Assembly: GCA_965200965.1 (NCBI GenBank)
Contig: OZ241744.1
Coordinates: forward strand, 1,440,001-1,504,000
Length of the DNA stretch: 64,000 nucleotides
Direction of reading: 5' to 3'
DNA from: an uncultured Candidatus Binatia bacterium
GTDB lineage: Bacteria > Desulfobacterota > Binatia > Bin18
Shown here in pieces: positions 18,574-28,261 of the stretch. Position 1 is the first letter of the stretch, and every line of letters begins with the position of its first letter. The position numbers and the translations under genes are program-made. Under the pieces are notes generated by a model. The model was not told where the DNA came from, did not search any database, and saw nothing but the letters and a program-made list of their open reading frames with translations.

Positions 18574-19435
18574 TCCCCCCTGCCCAATCACCCCCTGCGC
18601 CCGCAGGCGTGCTTTCAACGCCGCCTGCGGGCCCTGCCCCTTGGCACTGTTGCACGCCCCGCACAAGCAGTTGCAGGTTATCGAGATGGTCTGTGCCGCC
18701 CTTGGCCCGCGGCACGAGGTGGTCAATGGTGAAGTTGCGAAACGGAAACACTACCCCACACCCGCAGAAGGGGTCCAGCACGATGTCGCCGGGATTGCTG
18801 CTGGCGGTGATGGTGCGCTCTAACACCGCGAGGGGCTTCTGCGTGGGGAAGCCGAGGCGTTCCTTGGCCTGCCCATTGAGTGCCGAAATGTCCCACCCAT
18901 CAGAGAACGGGGAGCCGACAGGGGCAGTGACATCGCAGCTGTCGCGGTCAGCCCATTCTCCAGAAGCGAGCTTGTGCCTGACCCGAGGGTTCTCCCGGTC
19001 ATAGAGGCGCACAATACGGCGTCCTTGCGAGGTCCCTGTATTATATCCGGCCCTCCTCAATTCTCGTTGACGTTTCGTCGGTGGACCGTGGAACTTGTGA
19101 AACGTTGACGCAGGACTTTTGGCGTACAAGAGGAGCACATCATGGTTTCGTTGAAAGGCCGTGATCGTGTTCGCCCATGTATGATAATACCACACAATTT
19201 CATGCCGAAAGGGGACCCGCCCGAAGACCGCGTCAAGCAGCATCTTCAGGGAGGCCCCCGCGGGCGGGTCACAGTGAAGACAGGTGAGGCCCGGCCGGCC
19301 CCGGCACATCTCCAGCAGCCACCCCGCCCTCATAATCAGGTAGCTCTTCGTGCCCGGCGAGTGGCTGAGGCCGGCGGCATCAATGACCACATACAGGGCC
19401 GGCTCTTGCTCGGCAATCGCGCCGTACCAGGCTCC
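18566..19435 (-). pseudogene. Degraded DNA methyltransferase-HNH nuclease fusion
   Basis: EIVWYY, ERLGFPTQKPLAVLER...VLDPFCGCG joined directly to FTIDHLVPRAKGGTDHLDNLQLL (HNH); N-terminal catalytic motif missing. Confidence 0.75.
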
Positions 19436-19721
19436 CCATCATCTGAGCACGGGCCAACCCCATGCCAACATCCGCAGGATCAGGTGCCCCCCATGACCTC
19501 CAGTGCTCTTCGGCATTTTTGCACCGGGGGTTTGGATATTGTCGCCTCAGCCGTGCTGGCTGGGCGAGACGAAGTTCCGGGCAGGGTGCTGAAACCGCGC
19601 TCATTTTTGGGAGCGAATTATGAAGTTGGAGTCGCACCCAAGTCGCTTTGGGCGTACTAAGTTCCTGTTTTTGTTGAGGTCGGATTAAGGGGGGGGGGGG
19701 AAGGGTCCGAGCCAAAAGAGG

Positions 19722-20477
19722 CTATGGTCTGTCATCCGTGCCTCCCGGTGGGTATCCTAATGCCCGCAAGTAGGCCCGGACCGCACCGCGTAGTCCCATG
19801 TCCAGGGCGTCGCAGATTAAGGCATGCCCAATCGACACTTCGAGCAGGTCTGGCATATGCTGGGCAAAATAGGGCAGGTTATCCAGATTCAGGTCGTGTC
19901 CGGCGTTCAGCCCTAGCCCAACCGCCCGGGCCATCAGAGCGGCCTGATGATAGGGGGCAAAGACGCGCTCTCGCTCTGGGCCGTTGAACAGGCGGGCGTA
20001 GCGTTCGGTGTATAACTCAATCCGCTCCGCACCGAGGGCTTTTGCCCGGTGGACCTGGTCGGGGTCGGGATCAAGAAACAGGCTGGTCCGAATACCAGCC
20101 TCGCCCAGCCGTTTCAGGATATCGCCCAGCCTGTGCGTATCGTCGTGTAGATTCCAGCCCTGATCCGAGGTCAAGACATCGGGACCGTCCGGCACCAGGG
20201 TACACTGGGTCGGCTGTACCTTTTCTACCAAGTGCAGCAGCTCGGGCGACGGGTAGCCTTCGATGTTGAATTCCACCGCTTGTCCGGTCAGCATATCCCG
20301 CAAGTCGTACACATCCTGATAGCGGATATGGCGGCTGTCTGGACGTGGATGAACGGTGAGGCCGTGACAACCGGCCTTGATACATGTCTGGGCGGCGTGG
20401 ACAACGTTCGGCCGGTCGCCTCCCCGGGCGTTGCGCAGGGTGGCGATTTTATTGACGTTGACGCTGAGCTTGACCAC
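19722..20477 (-). CDS. pdxJ: Pyridoxine 5'-phosphate synthase
   Basis: LSVNVNKIATLRNARG, TVHPRPDSRHIR, LNAGHDL, EVSIGHALI. Confidence 0.95.
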   Translation of the reverse strand: MVKLSVNVNKIATLRNARGGDRPNVVHAAQTCIKAGCHGLTVHPRPDSRHIRYQDVYDLRDMLTGQAVEFNIEGYPSPELLHLVEKVQPTQCTLVPDGPDVLTSDQGWNLHDDTHRLGDILKRLGEAGIRTSLFLDPDPDQVHRAKALGAERIELYTERYARLFNGPERERVFAPYHQAALMARAVGLGLNAGHDLNLDNLPYFAQHMPDLLEVSIGHALICDALDMGLRGAVRAYLRALGYPPGGTDDRP

Positions 20478-20572
20478 GGTACGAACTTCTTGCCCCGGCG
20501 GCTTGCAGGAAGACCGGGGGTTTGGTGTATTATGTCTCTCTGCTCCCACTATGCAAAGGGGAGGGAAGCGGT

Positions 20573-21766
20573 ATGGACTCGTATCTCCACGAACTCACCC
20601 GGCGGCTGGTTGCCTGGAATACGGTCAGTAGCAACACCAACGCGCCAGTCATGGAGTATCTTGGTGAACAGCTGGAAGGGCACGGTTTTCGGGTGTTGCT
20701 GCAACGGACCGAGGTGGCCGGTACGCAAAAAGTCAACCTGGTCGCGTGTGCCGGGCCACCCGAACCGGACGGGCTGATTATTTCCGGCCATGTTGACACG
20801 GTTCCGTTTGAGGACCAGCCGGGCTGGACCCGCGACCCGCTGCGGCTCGCGATTGAAGACGACCGGGTCTACGGCCGGGGAACCTCGGACATGAAAGCGT
20901 TTATTGCCCAGTGTGTGGACGCCGCGGCCCGGCTTGAGTTGAACGCCCTCACCCGCCCGCTGGTGTTTGTGTTCACCGCGGATGAAGAGGTCGGTATGCT
21001 CGGTGCCGAGCGGCTGCTGCCGGATTTGCCGGACGCCCTGCGTAACCTTCCCCAACCGCGCCTGGCCTGGATCGGCGAGCCGACCTCGGATCAGGTCTTT
21101 CATACCCATAAGGGCGTTGGCCTGGTGACGATCACGGTCCACGGCATCGGCGGCCACAGCAGCGTCCCGGAAAAGGGAGCAAACGCCATTGCGGTGGCCG
21201 GCAGGATCATTGAGACGCTCGGCCACTACCAAGCCGAACTGCGGGGCCAGCCCTCGGCCGAGTTTGCCAGCCTGTTTCCCGAAGCGCCGTACACCAGCCT
21301 GAATTTTGGCGTAATTCGAGGCGGCAGCGCGGGGAATATGATTGCCGAAGAATGTACCCTGCTGCTCAGCTACCGCCCGCTGCCGCGGACCGATCCAGCC
21401 GCAATCCATGCGGAGATTGTCCGCCGCGTTCGGGCGGTCGAGCCCCGCGATTACGGCTCTGAGCTGCGGCCGACTATCGAGGTCGGTGAGCCGTTTATTG
21501 CCCCGCCCCTCTTCTCGCCGCGCCACACCCCGCTTGAGCGGGTGTTGTTTGCCGAGTTCGACACCACTATAAGCGGCGGCGCGCCGTTTGGGACCGACGG
21601 CTGCCAGTTAGCCCGGGCCGGGATTGATTCCCTGATCTGTGGGCCCGGTGAGCTTGACCAGGCCCATCAACCGGATGAAAGCATCCGGCGTGAAGCCTTC
21701 GAACGTGGCTCGAAGCATATTCTGTCGGTTATTCATAAGATGTGTATGGCCCAACAGCCGGCCTGA
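20573..21766 (+). CDS. argE: Acetylornithine deacetylase (M20A)
   Basis: SGHVDTVP, GRGTSDMKAF, DEEVG, IGEPT, AHQPDE. Confidence 0.8.
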   Translation: MDSYLHELTRRLVAWNTVSSNTNAPVMEYLGEQLEGHGFRVLLQRTEVAGTQKVNLVACAGPPEPDGLIISGHVDTVPFEDQPGWTRDPLRLAIEDDRVYGRGTSDMKAFIAQCVDAAARLELNALTRPLVFVFTADEEVGMLGAERLLPDLPDALRNLPQPRLAWIGEPTSDQVFHTHKGVGLVTITVHGIGGHSSVPEKGANAIAVAGRIIETLGHYQAELRGQPSAEFASLFPEAPYTSLNFGVIRGGSAGNMIAEECTLLLSYRPLPRTDPAAIHAEIVRRVRAVEPRDYGSELRPTIEVGEPFIAPPLFSPRHTPLERVLFAEFDTTISGGAPFGTDGCQLARAGIDSLICGPGELDQAHQPDESIRREAFERGSKHILSVIHKMCMAQQPA

Positions 21767-21780
21767 GCCGGGAGGGTGCT

Positions 21781-22386
21781 ATGACCGACTTGTCCTACAC
21801 GGAACCGATCCGCCTCCGGCTACGGCCCATTCTCGATGTGAACGAAGACGAGTTTTTCGCCTGGTGTCAGCTCAACCGGGACCTGCGCTTTGAGCGCACC
21901 GCGGAAGGAGATGTCGTCATCATGTCACCAGCCGGCGGAGAGACAGGCAACCGGAATGCGCGGCTCAACGCCTTTCTTACAGTATGGGCTCTGAACAACG
22001 GCAACGGCGAGCCTTTTGACTCCTCTACCGGCTTCGTCCTGCCCAATGGGGCGACGCGCTCGCCAGATGCCGCCTGGGTGAGACGCTCTCGCCTGGCAAC
22101 GCTCTCGCCTGAGCAGAAAAAGAAGTTTCTGCCGCTGTGTCCAGATTTTCTTATTGAACTCCGTTCGCCGTCTGACAGCCTGGAGGCGATTCAAGAGAAA
22201 ATGCAGGAGTATCTGGCCAATGGTGCCCGCTTGGGATGGTTGATTGACCCGCTTGACCGTCGCGTGTTTGTGTATCGCCCCGAGGCTGGCGTGAAGTGCC
22301 TGGACAATCCGGCTACCATATCGGGCGATCCAGAACTCCCGGGGTTCAGGCTTGATCTCAGCCGCATCTGGAAGGTTAATTTCTGA
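21781..22386 (+). CDS. Uma2-family endonuclease
   Basis: FDSSTGFVLPNGATRSPDAAWV, PLCPDFLIELRSPSD, EYLANGARLGWLID. Confidence 0.92.
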   Translation: MTDLSYTEPIRLRLRPILDVNEDEFFAWCQLNRDLRFERTAEGDVVIMSPAGGETGNRNARLNAFLTVWALNNGNGEPFDSSTGFVLPNGATRSPDAAWVRRSRLATLSPEQKKKFLPLCPDFLIELRSPSDSLEAIQEKMQEYLANGARLGWLIDPLDRRVFVYRPEAGVKCLDNPATISGDPELPGFRLDLSRIWKVNF

Positions 22387-22407
22387 GGAGAGGAAGAGGA
22401 GGACCAT

Positions 22408-23295
22408 ATGAAGTTTGCACTGATGGGGGTTGGCAGCGGCTCAACCGTCCGCCCTGATGTTCTCGCCCAGGTGGCCCACAAAGGCGAAGAGTTGGGCTTT
22501 GAGTCGGCCTGGATTCCGGAACACTTGGCCGTGCCGGTCGAGATGAAAGCCCGCTATCCCGGCTCGGCCGACGGCAGGTTTCCCGGCGGGTCTGGCGTAG
22601 CCCTGCACGACCCGTTTGTGGCCCTGTCGTTTGTGGCCGCCCAGACCAGGACGATCAAGCTCGGCACCGGCGTTTTTGTCCTGCCGCTGCGCAATACGCT
22701 CAGCGTGGCCAAGGCGGTCGCCAGCCTTGACGTGCTGTCGCAGGGACGGGTTATTTTTGGCATTGGCGTCGGCTGGTGCGAAGAGGAGTTTGAGGCCGTG
22801 GGCCTGCCGTTCAAGAACCGGGCTGGCCGGACCCGGGAAGCGGTCAGGGTGATGCGAGCACTGTGGACTGAGGAAACGCCGCAGTTTGACGGCACGCACC
22901 ACCGTTTTCAGCCGGTCGGCTTCAACCCCAAACCAGTCCAGAAACCGCATCCGCCGCTGATTTTCGGCGGCGAGAGCCGGGCCGCGCTCAGGCGCACGGC
23001 CGAGCTGGCCGACGGCTGGTGTGGTATGCGCTATACCCCGGCCAGCGTCAAGCCCTACCTGGCCACCCTGAAAGCGTTGACCGAACAGGCCGGGCGCGAC
23101 TTTTCCGGGCTGGAGATTACGGTGGGGCTTGACCCGAGCGTCAAGCCGACGCTCGACACGGTCAGGCAGTTTGAAGATGCTGGCGTCCACCGGCTGTTTG
23201 TCTTTTCTCCGGGCTGGACACGCCGGTCGCGTTTTGACACCGAACTGTATCCACAGATGGAACGCTTCGCCAATGAGGTTATGGTCAAACTGTGA
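22408..23295 (+). CDS. LLM-class (probably F420-dependent) oxidoreductase
   Basis: GFESAWIPEHL, IKLGTGVFVLP, PKPVQKPHPPL. Confidence 0.88.
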   Translation: MKFALMGVGSGSTVRPDVLAQVAHKGEELGFESAWIPEHLAVPVEMKARYPGSADGRFPGGSGVALHDPFVALSFVAAQTRTIKLGTGVFVLPLRNTLSVAKAVASLDVLSQGRVIFGIGVGWCEEEFEAVGLPFKNRAGRTREAVRVMRALWTEETPQFDGTHHRFQPVGFNPKPVQKPHPPLIFGGESRAALRRTAELADGWCGMRYTPASVKPYLATLKALTEQAGRDFSGLEITVGLDPSVKPTLDTVRQFEDAGVHRLFVFSPGWTRRSRFDTELYPQMERFANEVMVKL

Positions 23296-23367
23296 ACAGG
23301 ACAGGCACTCTGCACGCCCGGGTGAATACGCAAACGGTCCTCACCTTCCTTGAGTCAGGAGCACCCC

Positions 23368-24342
23368 ATGAACACATCCCCTATTCCCCGTCGCCGTTTC
23401 CTGAAAAACGCCGGCGCGCTGGCCGCGGCGGCCACCTTGGCCGGCCGCTGGTCTTTGCCCAAGGCTCACGCCGCTTCGCCTGGCCCGCTCACCTTCGGTA
23501 TTCAGACCCCGCCCCAGAATGTGACCTACAGCGAGCTACAACAGACTTGGCTGGAGGCCGATGAGCTTGGCTACGATAGCGCGTTTGGTTTTGATCATTT
23601 TTTCCCCATCATCACCGATCCGAACGGCCCGTGTCTGGAGGGCTGGACCCTGCTGGCGGCCCTGGCCGCCCAGACCAAGCGGCTCAAGGTCGGCCTGCTG
23701 GTGACCGGCAATACCTACCGCAACCCGGCCGTGCTGGCCAAGATGGCGGCGACCGTGGATCACGTCAGCAACGGCCGGCTGATCCTCGGTCTGGGCGCGG
23801 GCTGGTTTGAGCTGGAACACCGGGCCTTTGATATCCCATACTATACGGCCGGCCAGCGCGCCCGGCGTCTGGTCGAAGCGGTCGAACTGATCAAGCTGCT
23901 GTTCACCCAGGACAGGACAAGCTACACGGGCAAATACTACACGATCACCGACGCGCCGTTTGAACCGAAGCCGGTCCAGAAGCCCTATCCCCCGATTCTG
24001 ATTGGCGGCATGGGGCCAAGGGTCATCCAGCCGCTGGCCGCCCGTCACGCCGATATCTGGCATTTCTTTGTGCGTGACGGTGGGGTGGAAGCGGTGCAGA
24101 AAACCTGCGCTCATTTTGACGCCGTATGTCAAAAAGTCGGCCGCAATCCCGCCGAGGTGCAGAAGTCCGTCTCGCTGCGCTTTCCGCTCCTCAACCGACC
24201 GTCAGCCGAGATTATTCAGCAGGTCAAGGCCTTGCGCCACGCCGGGGTCCAGTACTTCATTCTCTCACTGTTTGAGAACCTGGACCGGCGGCTGATGCGA
24301 CGCTTTGCCACCGAGGTCCTGCCCGAGTTTCGGCAGACCTGA
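23368..24342 (+). CDS. LLM-class F420-dependent oxidoreductase with Tat signal peptide
   Basis: N-terminal PRRRFLKNAGALAAAA...AHA; DHFFP, LEGWTLLAALA, GNTYRNPAVLAKMAATVD. Confidence 0.85.
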   Translation: MNTSPIPRRRFLKNAGALAAAATLAGRWSLPKAHAASPGPLTFGIQTPPQNVTYSELQQTWLEADELGYDSAFGFDHFFPIITDPNGPCLEGWTLLAALAAQTKRLKVGLLVTGNTYRNPAVLAKMAATVDHVSNGRLILGLGAGWFELEHRAFDIPYYTAGQRARRLVEAVELIKLLFTQDRTSYTGKYYTITDAPFEPKPVQKPYPPILIGGMGPRVIQPLAARHADIWHFFVRDGGVEAVQKTCAHFDAVCQKVGRNPAEVQKSVSLRFPLLNRPSAEIIQQVKALRHAGVQYFILSLFENLDRRLMRRFATEVLPEFRQT

Positions 24343-24359
24343 ACAGACGGGAGCGGACA

Positions 24360-25577
24360 ATGCAGCACAAGGTTCCCGCGGTGTTCATGCGGGGCGGCAC
24401 GAGCCGAGCGGTCTGTTTTCGGGAAGACGCCTTGGCGGGCTATGACCGGCCGACGCGCGATCGGATTATCCTGGCCGCCCTGGGCAGCCCCGATAGATAC
24501 GGCCGCCAGGTCGATGGGCTGGGTGGCGGTATTTCCTCTCTCAGCAAGGTGGCGATCATCGGCAAAAGCGCGCAACGTGACACCGATGTCACCTTCACCT
24601 TTGGTCAGGTTGATGTGCGGACACCGACGATTGACTGGCGGAGCACCTGCGGGAATATCTCGGCCGCGGTCGGTCCGTTTGCCATTGATGAGGGCTTGGT
24701 GCCGGCGCTTGAGCCGTTCACCGAGGTCCGGGTCCTGGCGACCAACACCGGCAAGCAGTACATCGCCCGGGTGCCGGTGCATCACGGCCACGCCGGGGTG
24801 GAGGGGGAGTACACGGTTGCCGGCGTCCCGGCTCCCGGGGCGTGTATCCGGCTTGAATACCTCGACCCTGGGGGTTCTCTGGGGGGCGGGGTATTGCCGA
24901 CCGGGGTGCCCCGCCAGGAACTGAGCCTGGCCGGCGGTCAGCGCGTCACCGTTTCGGTGCTGGACGCTGCCATGCCGACCGTTTTTGTCCGGGCCGAAGA
25001 TCTGGCGGTTGATGCTCGACGCCTGGCGGCCGAGCTTGACAGCGAGCGCAGTTTGCAGACCAGCCTCGAAGAGATACGCTGCCGGGTAGCCATGCTGCTG
25101 GGCTTGGCCAACAGCCCCGAAGCCGCCTACCACACCAGCCCGGCCTCGCCAAAGATCGCCCTTATTGCCCCGCCGGCCTCCTATATCAGCAGCGGCGGCG
25201 AGGAGGTCAGAGCCGAACAGATTGATGTGCTTGGCCGGGCGATCTCTATGGGCAACACCCACCGCACCTTCCCGGCCACGGTGTCGATGTGTACCGCGGT
25301 GGCCGCGGTAGTGGTGGATACGGTTGTCTGGCAGGTGGCCCGAGCGGCCTCGCCTGAAGGACTCCGCATCGGTCATCCGGCCGGCATCATGGAGGTCGGA
25401 GCCAGGGTACACCGCTGCGGGTCAGAATGGCGGGCTGAGAGCGTCTTCACCCGGCACACCGCCCGGCGGATCATGGCAGGGCATATTCTTGTCCCCCAAC
25501 ATTACCTGCATGGAACCGCCTGGTTCGCCAACGATCAAAAAAGAGAGCAGGGCCTTTACGGTGTAGAGGTCAAATAG
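24360..25577 (+). CDS. PrpF-family isomerase
   Basis: FMRGGTSRA, GLGGGISSLSKVAII, CGNISAAVGPFAIDEGLV, IGHPAG. Confidence 0.9.
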   Translation: MQHKVPAVFMRGGTSRAVCFREDALAGYDRPTRDRIILAALGSPDRYGRQVDGLGGGISSLSKVAIIGKSAQRDTDVTFTFGQVDVRTPTIDWRSTCGNISAAVGPFAIDEGLVPALEPFTEVRVLATNTGKQYIARVPVHHGHAGVEGEYTVAGVPAPGACIRLEYLDPGGSLGGGVLPTGVPRQELSLAGGQRVTVSVLDAAMPTVFVRAEDLAVDARRLAAELDSERSLQTSLEEIRCRVAMLLGLANSPEAAYHTSPASPKIALIAPPASYISSGGEEVRAEQIDVLGRAISMGNTHRTFPATVSMCTAVAAVVVDTVVWQVARAASPEGLRIGHPAGIMEVGARVHRCGSEWRAESVFTRHTARRIMAGHILVPQHYLHGTAWFANDQKREQGLYGVEVK

Positions 25578-25658
25578 AAACCGGGATATTTTTCTCGGAA
25601 TCCGCCTGGAGTCGCTTGACAGAGGTGAATCGCTATCTGCTGGTAGCGTCCTCCGGCT

Positions 25659-26629
25659 TTAATCAGCCGCCCACCGATCCTCGAACTGCCGATCCTCCAT
25701 TTTCAGGGAGACACGCAGATTTTCGTTTAATTCCCTATGCATTGCGGGGAGCATATTGAAGTACTGCCCAACGGCTTGACGAATGCCGGCGAGACAAGTT
25801 TTTGTCTTAATCCAGTTCTGTGGGCTGAAGACCCGGTTTGTAGGTTGTGCCTCATTGGCAGCGGCTTCCAACGCACCGTTGAGACATGTACCCGCAGAGT
25901 CCACAATTTGGCCGACAAGGTTCGCCTCTGATGCTTTCTGAAAGGTGCGCGTTGGATTTGGGACTCTTTGTCCAACGTTACTTACCTGGCAAAAGAAGAG
26001 AGACACGGCATAGAGATGATGATAGGGAGCATAGGCGCGCATCGCCAATAGCGACTCGTTCAGGCTGAGGGGATTGTCCTTCTCCCACCGTATCTTGATT
26101 TCTTGCATCCATTGATGAAGAGAGTGAACATTCTCCGGTGAATACTCACGATTGCGTTTGAAGAGTTGTTCAAAGTGCTTGTCGAAAATCTTGTTCTCGC
26201 TATACGAGACATTAGGGCGTTGCGAATGCCACGCCATCAGGTCTTTCCCCATGTCAAGCAAATCTATAACGATCGATTGGTCTCTGTCAGCAGGAGCCTT
26301 TTCACCTCGTTTTGTGATAAAGTAGCCGCTCGGATATTGCTGCTCATATGATCGTTTGATTGCGAGTACGCGCCGGTCATTACTCCGCAGATCCCTGGGC
26401 TTTACAGCACTCTGTGAAGAGGACTTCGCGGAGAGGGGCTGCATCCACCGTTCCCTTGTTGATGAACTTGCCTTGCAGTACGAACACTGTTGAAGTGCCA
26501 TCATCGACAACGATAGCATCAATCTGCTTGTCGTCGGGGCCGTCCGTCACATCTTCCCTCGTCTCGATCATATCTCGAATGATGCTGATAGTAATCTGCT
26601 TCGATTTCCCTCTTGATTTTTTCGTACAT
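25659..26629 (-). pseudogene. AIPR-family protein remnant with internal deletions and frameshifts
   Basis: RBS + MYEKIKREIEADYYQ, then TDGPDDKQIDAIVVD...QGKF (AIPR N-terminus), then KPRDLRSND...YFITKRGE (AIPR C-terminus) in different frames; lower GC than flanks. Confidence 0.7.
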
Positions 26630-26691
26630 GAGTCAACCTCTCCAATGCGCGGCTGGGCTATTGTCAAGGCCTCTTTGTCAGGCGTGTCTCC

Positions 26692-27495
26692 TCAGTGGCC
26701 GTGCGTGGCGACAAAGCCCTCCAACTCGCGGTTGAAGTCCAGCGGGCTTTCCATCTCGTAGCAGTGGCCGACATCTTTGATAACCCGCAGCTCGGCCCCG
26801 GGGATGTGGTCGGCCAGAAACCGGTTGGCCTCAACCGGGGTAGCCCGGTCTTCTTCGCCGGCCAGGATCAGGGTTGGCTGGGTAATGTCTTTCAGGCGGT
26901 CGGTGATGTCCCACCGCCAGACCCCGTTGGGGTCCTCCAGACAGCCAAAAACCACCCGGCGGGGCAGTCCGGCCTCGTTGAGAAAGTTATTCCTGATCAT
27001 CGCACAGACTTCGGGCCGCTCCCGGCGTGTCCTGGCCGAGAAGCACCGCTCCACAATGGCGTCGGCCGCGGCCTGGTAGTTGTCGCGGAGGCTGGCGATG
27101 AACTCATCCGCGTCGGCATAGCGGCTCAGATTAGTGGTGCTGCTGACGATCACATTGCCGGCGACCAAGCGGGGATAATCGAGGCTCATTTGCATGGCCC
27201 GCATCCCGCCCATCGAATTGCCGACCAGAATCGCCCGGTCAACGCCGAGGGCGGCCAGGGCCGCGGCGTCGTCGGCCGCCATGTCCTGAATGGAGTAGCC
27301 GCTGAGCGGCTTGGACGACAGCCCGTGGCCCCGCGCCTCAATCACAATACAGTGGTAGCGATGGGCCAGAACCGGAGCCTGGAAGGCCCACAGCCAGGCG
27401 TTGGCCGAGAAGCCGTGCAGAAAGACCAGGGGAAATCCCGTGCCATAGTGGTTATAATGAATCCTGACACCCTTCTCGCGTTCGACATACGGCAT
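26692..27495 (-). CDS. Alpha/beta hydrolase
   Basis: FLHGF, ARGHGLS, GNSMGG, GEEDRATP, GH catalytic pattern. Confidence 0.9.
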   Translation of the reverse strand: MPYVEREKGVRIHYNHYGTGFPLVFLHGFSANAWLWAFQAPVLAHRYHCIVIEARGHGLSSKPLSGYSIQDMAADDAAALAALGVDRAILVGNSMGGMRAMQMSLDYPRLVAGNVIVSSTTNLSRYADADEFIASLRDNYQAAADAIVERCFSARTRRERPEVCAMIRNNFLNEAGLPRRVVFGCLEDPNGVWRWDITDRLKDITQPTLILAGEEDRATPVEANRFLADHIPGAELRVIKDVGHCYEMESPLDFNRELEGFVATHGH

Positions 27496-27509
27496 ACGCT
27501 TGTCCCTCC

Positions 27510-27980
27510 CTACTGGCCGACAAAGGGTTTCCTGGCCCAGCCGTCTTCATACGGAGTGAAGAACTCGGCCTTGACCTTCAGGCTCCTGAACCGCCATCCC
27601 TCGCCGGTGCGCACATACTCCTCGGCATACTTGGCGGCCAGCCACATGGCCTGATTGCGCCCGCCCAGCGTACACGGCTGGAACAGATACCACTGGCCGG
27701 TTGCGGTGTCGCCATCCACCTCAATCAGCGGGTTCATCACCTGGTGCAGGGCAAAAGGAAAAATGTCCGCCGCGGCTTGAAAGAAGTTGCGAATCGCTTC
27801 GCGGCCCTGGTGGACGCCGAAATTGCCGCCGTCCCAGACCGCGTCTTCGGTAAAGAGGGCCGCAATCGCGTCCGCGTCGTAGTGGTCATCACACGCCGCG
27901 CAGTACTTGGCCTTGAGCTTTTTGATCGCTTCAATATCTTCGACCGTGCGCAGCCGACGTTCGAGCTGTGCCATCTCCAT
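27510..27980 (-). CDS. SnoaL/NTF2-like protein (LinA/BaiE-like)
   Basis: EDIEAIKKLKAKYC, LFTEDAVWDG, HQVMNPLIEVDGDTATGQWY. Confidence 0.85.
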   Translation of the reverse strand: MEMAQLERRLRTVEDIEAIKKLKAKYCAACDDHYDADAIAALFTEDAVWDGGNFGVHQGREAIRNFFQAAADIFPFALHQVMNPLIEVDGDTATGQWYLFQPCTLGGRNQAMWLAAKYAEEYVRTGEGWRFRSLKVKAEFFTPYEDGWARKPFVGQ

Positions 27981-28124
27981 ACCCTGTCCTCCCCTTATCC
28001 TCCTTACCTACACCAGCCGCCCCCAAATGAAAACCTGTTCAGCCGCTCGTCCAAACGGGCGCTGGCCCCCGGCCCGGCCTTGGGTTACAATCCGGCCCAT
28101 CTGCACCAGGCCAAAGGAGGGCGT

Positions 28125-28259
28125 ATGGCGTGGCCGGTCCGCTACAAGTTGGTCGGGCTGCTGACCGCCGGCAGCATGATTAACTACCTTGACCGGGTCA
28201 ATATCATTGGCGTTGCCTTGCCCGAGGCCGAGCCGGCCGGTGTCCGGACAGGAGTCTGA
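28125..28259 (+). pseudogene. Truncated MFS transporter (first TM helix only)
   Basis: AAAGGAGG RBS; MAWPVRYKLVGLLTAGSMINYLDRVNI (ACS-family NYLDR motif) then stops after 44 aa. Confidence 0.65.
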
Positions 28260-28261
28260 AC

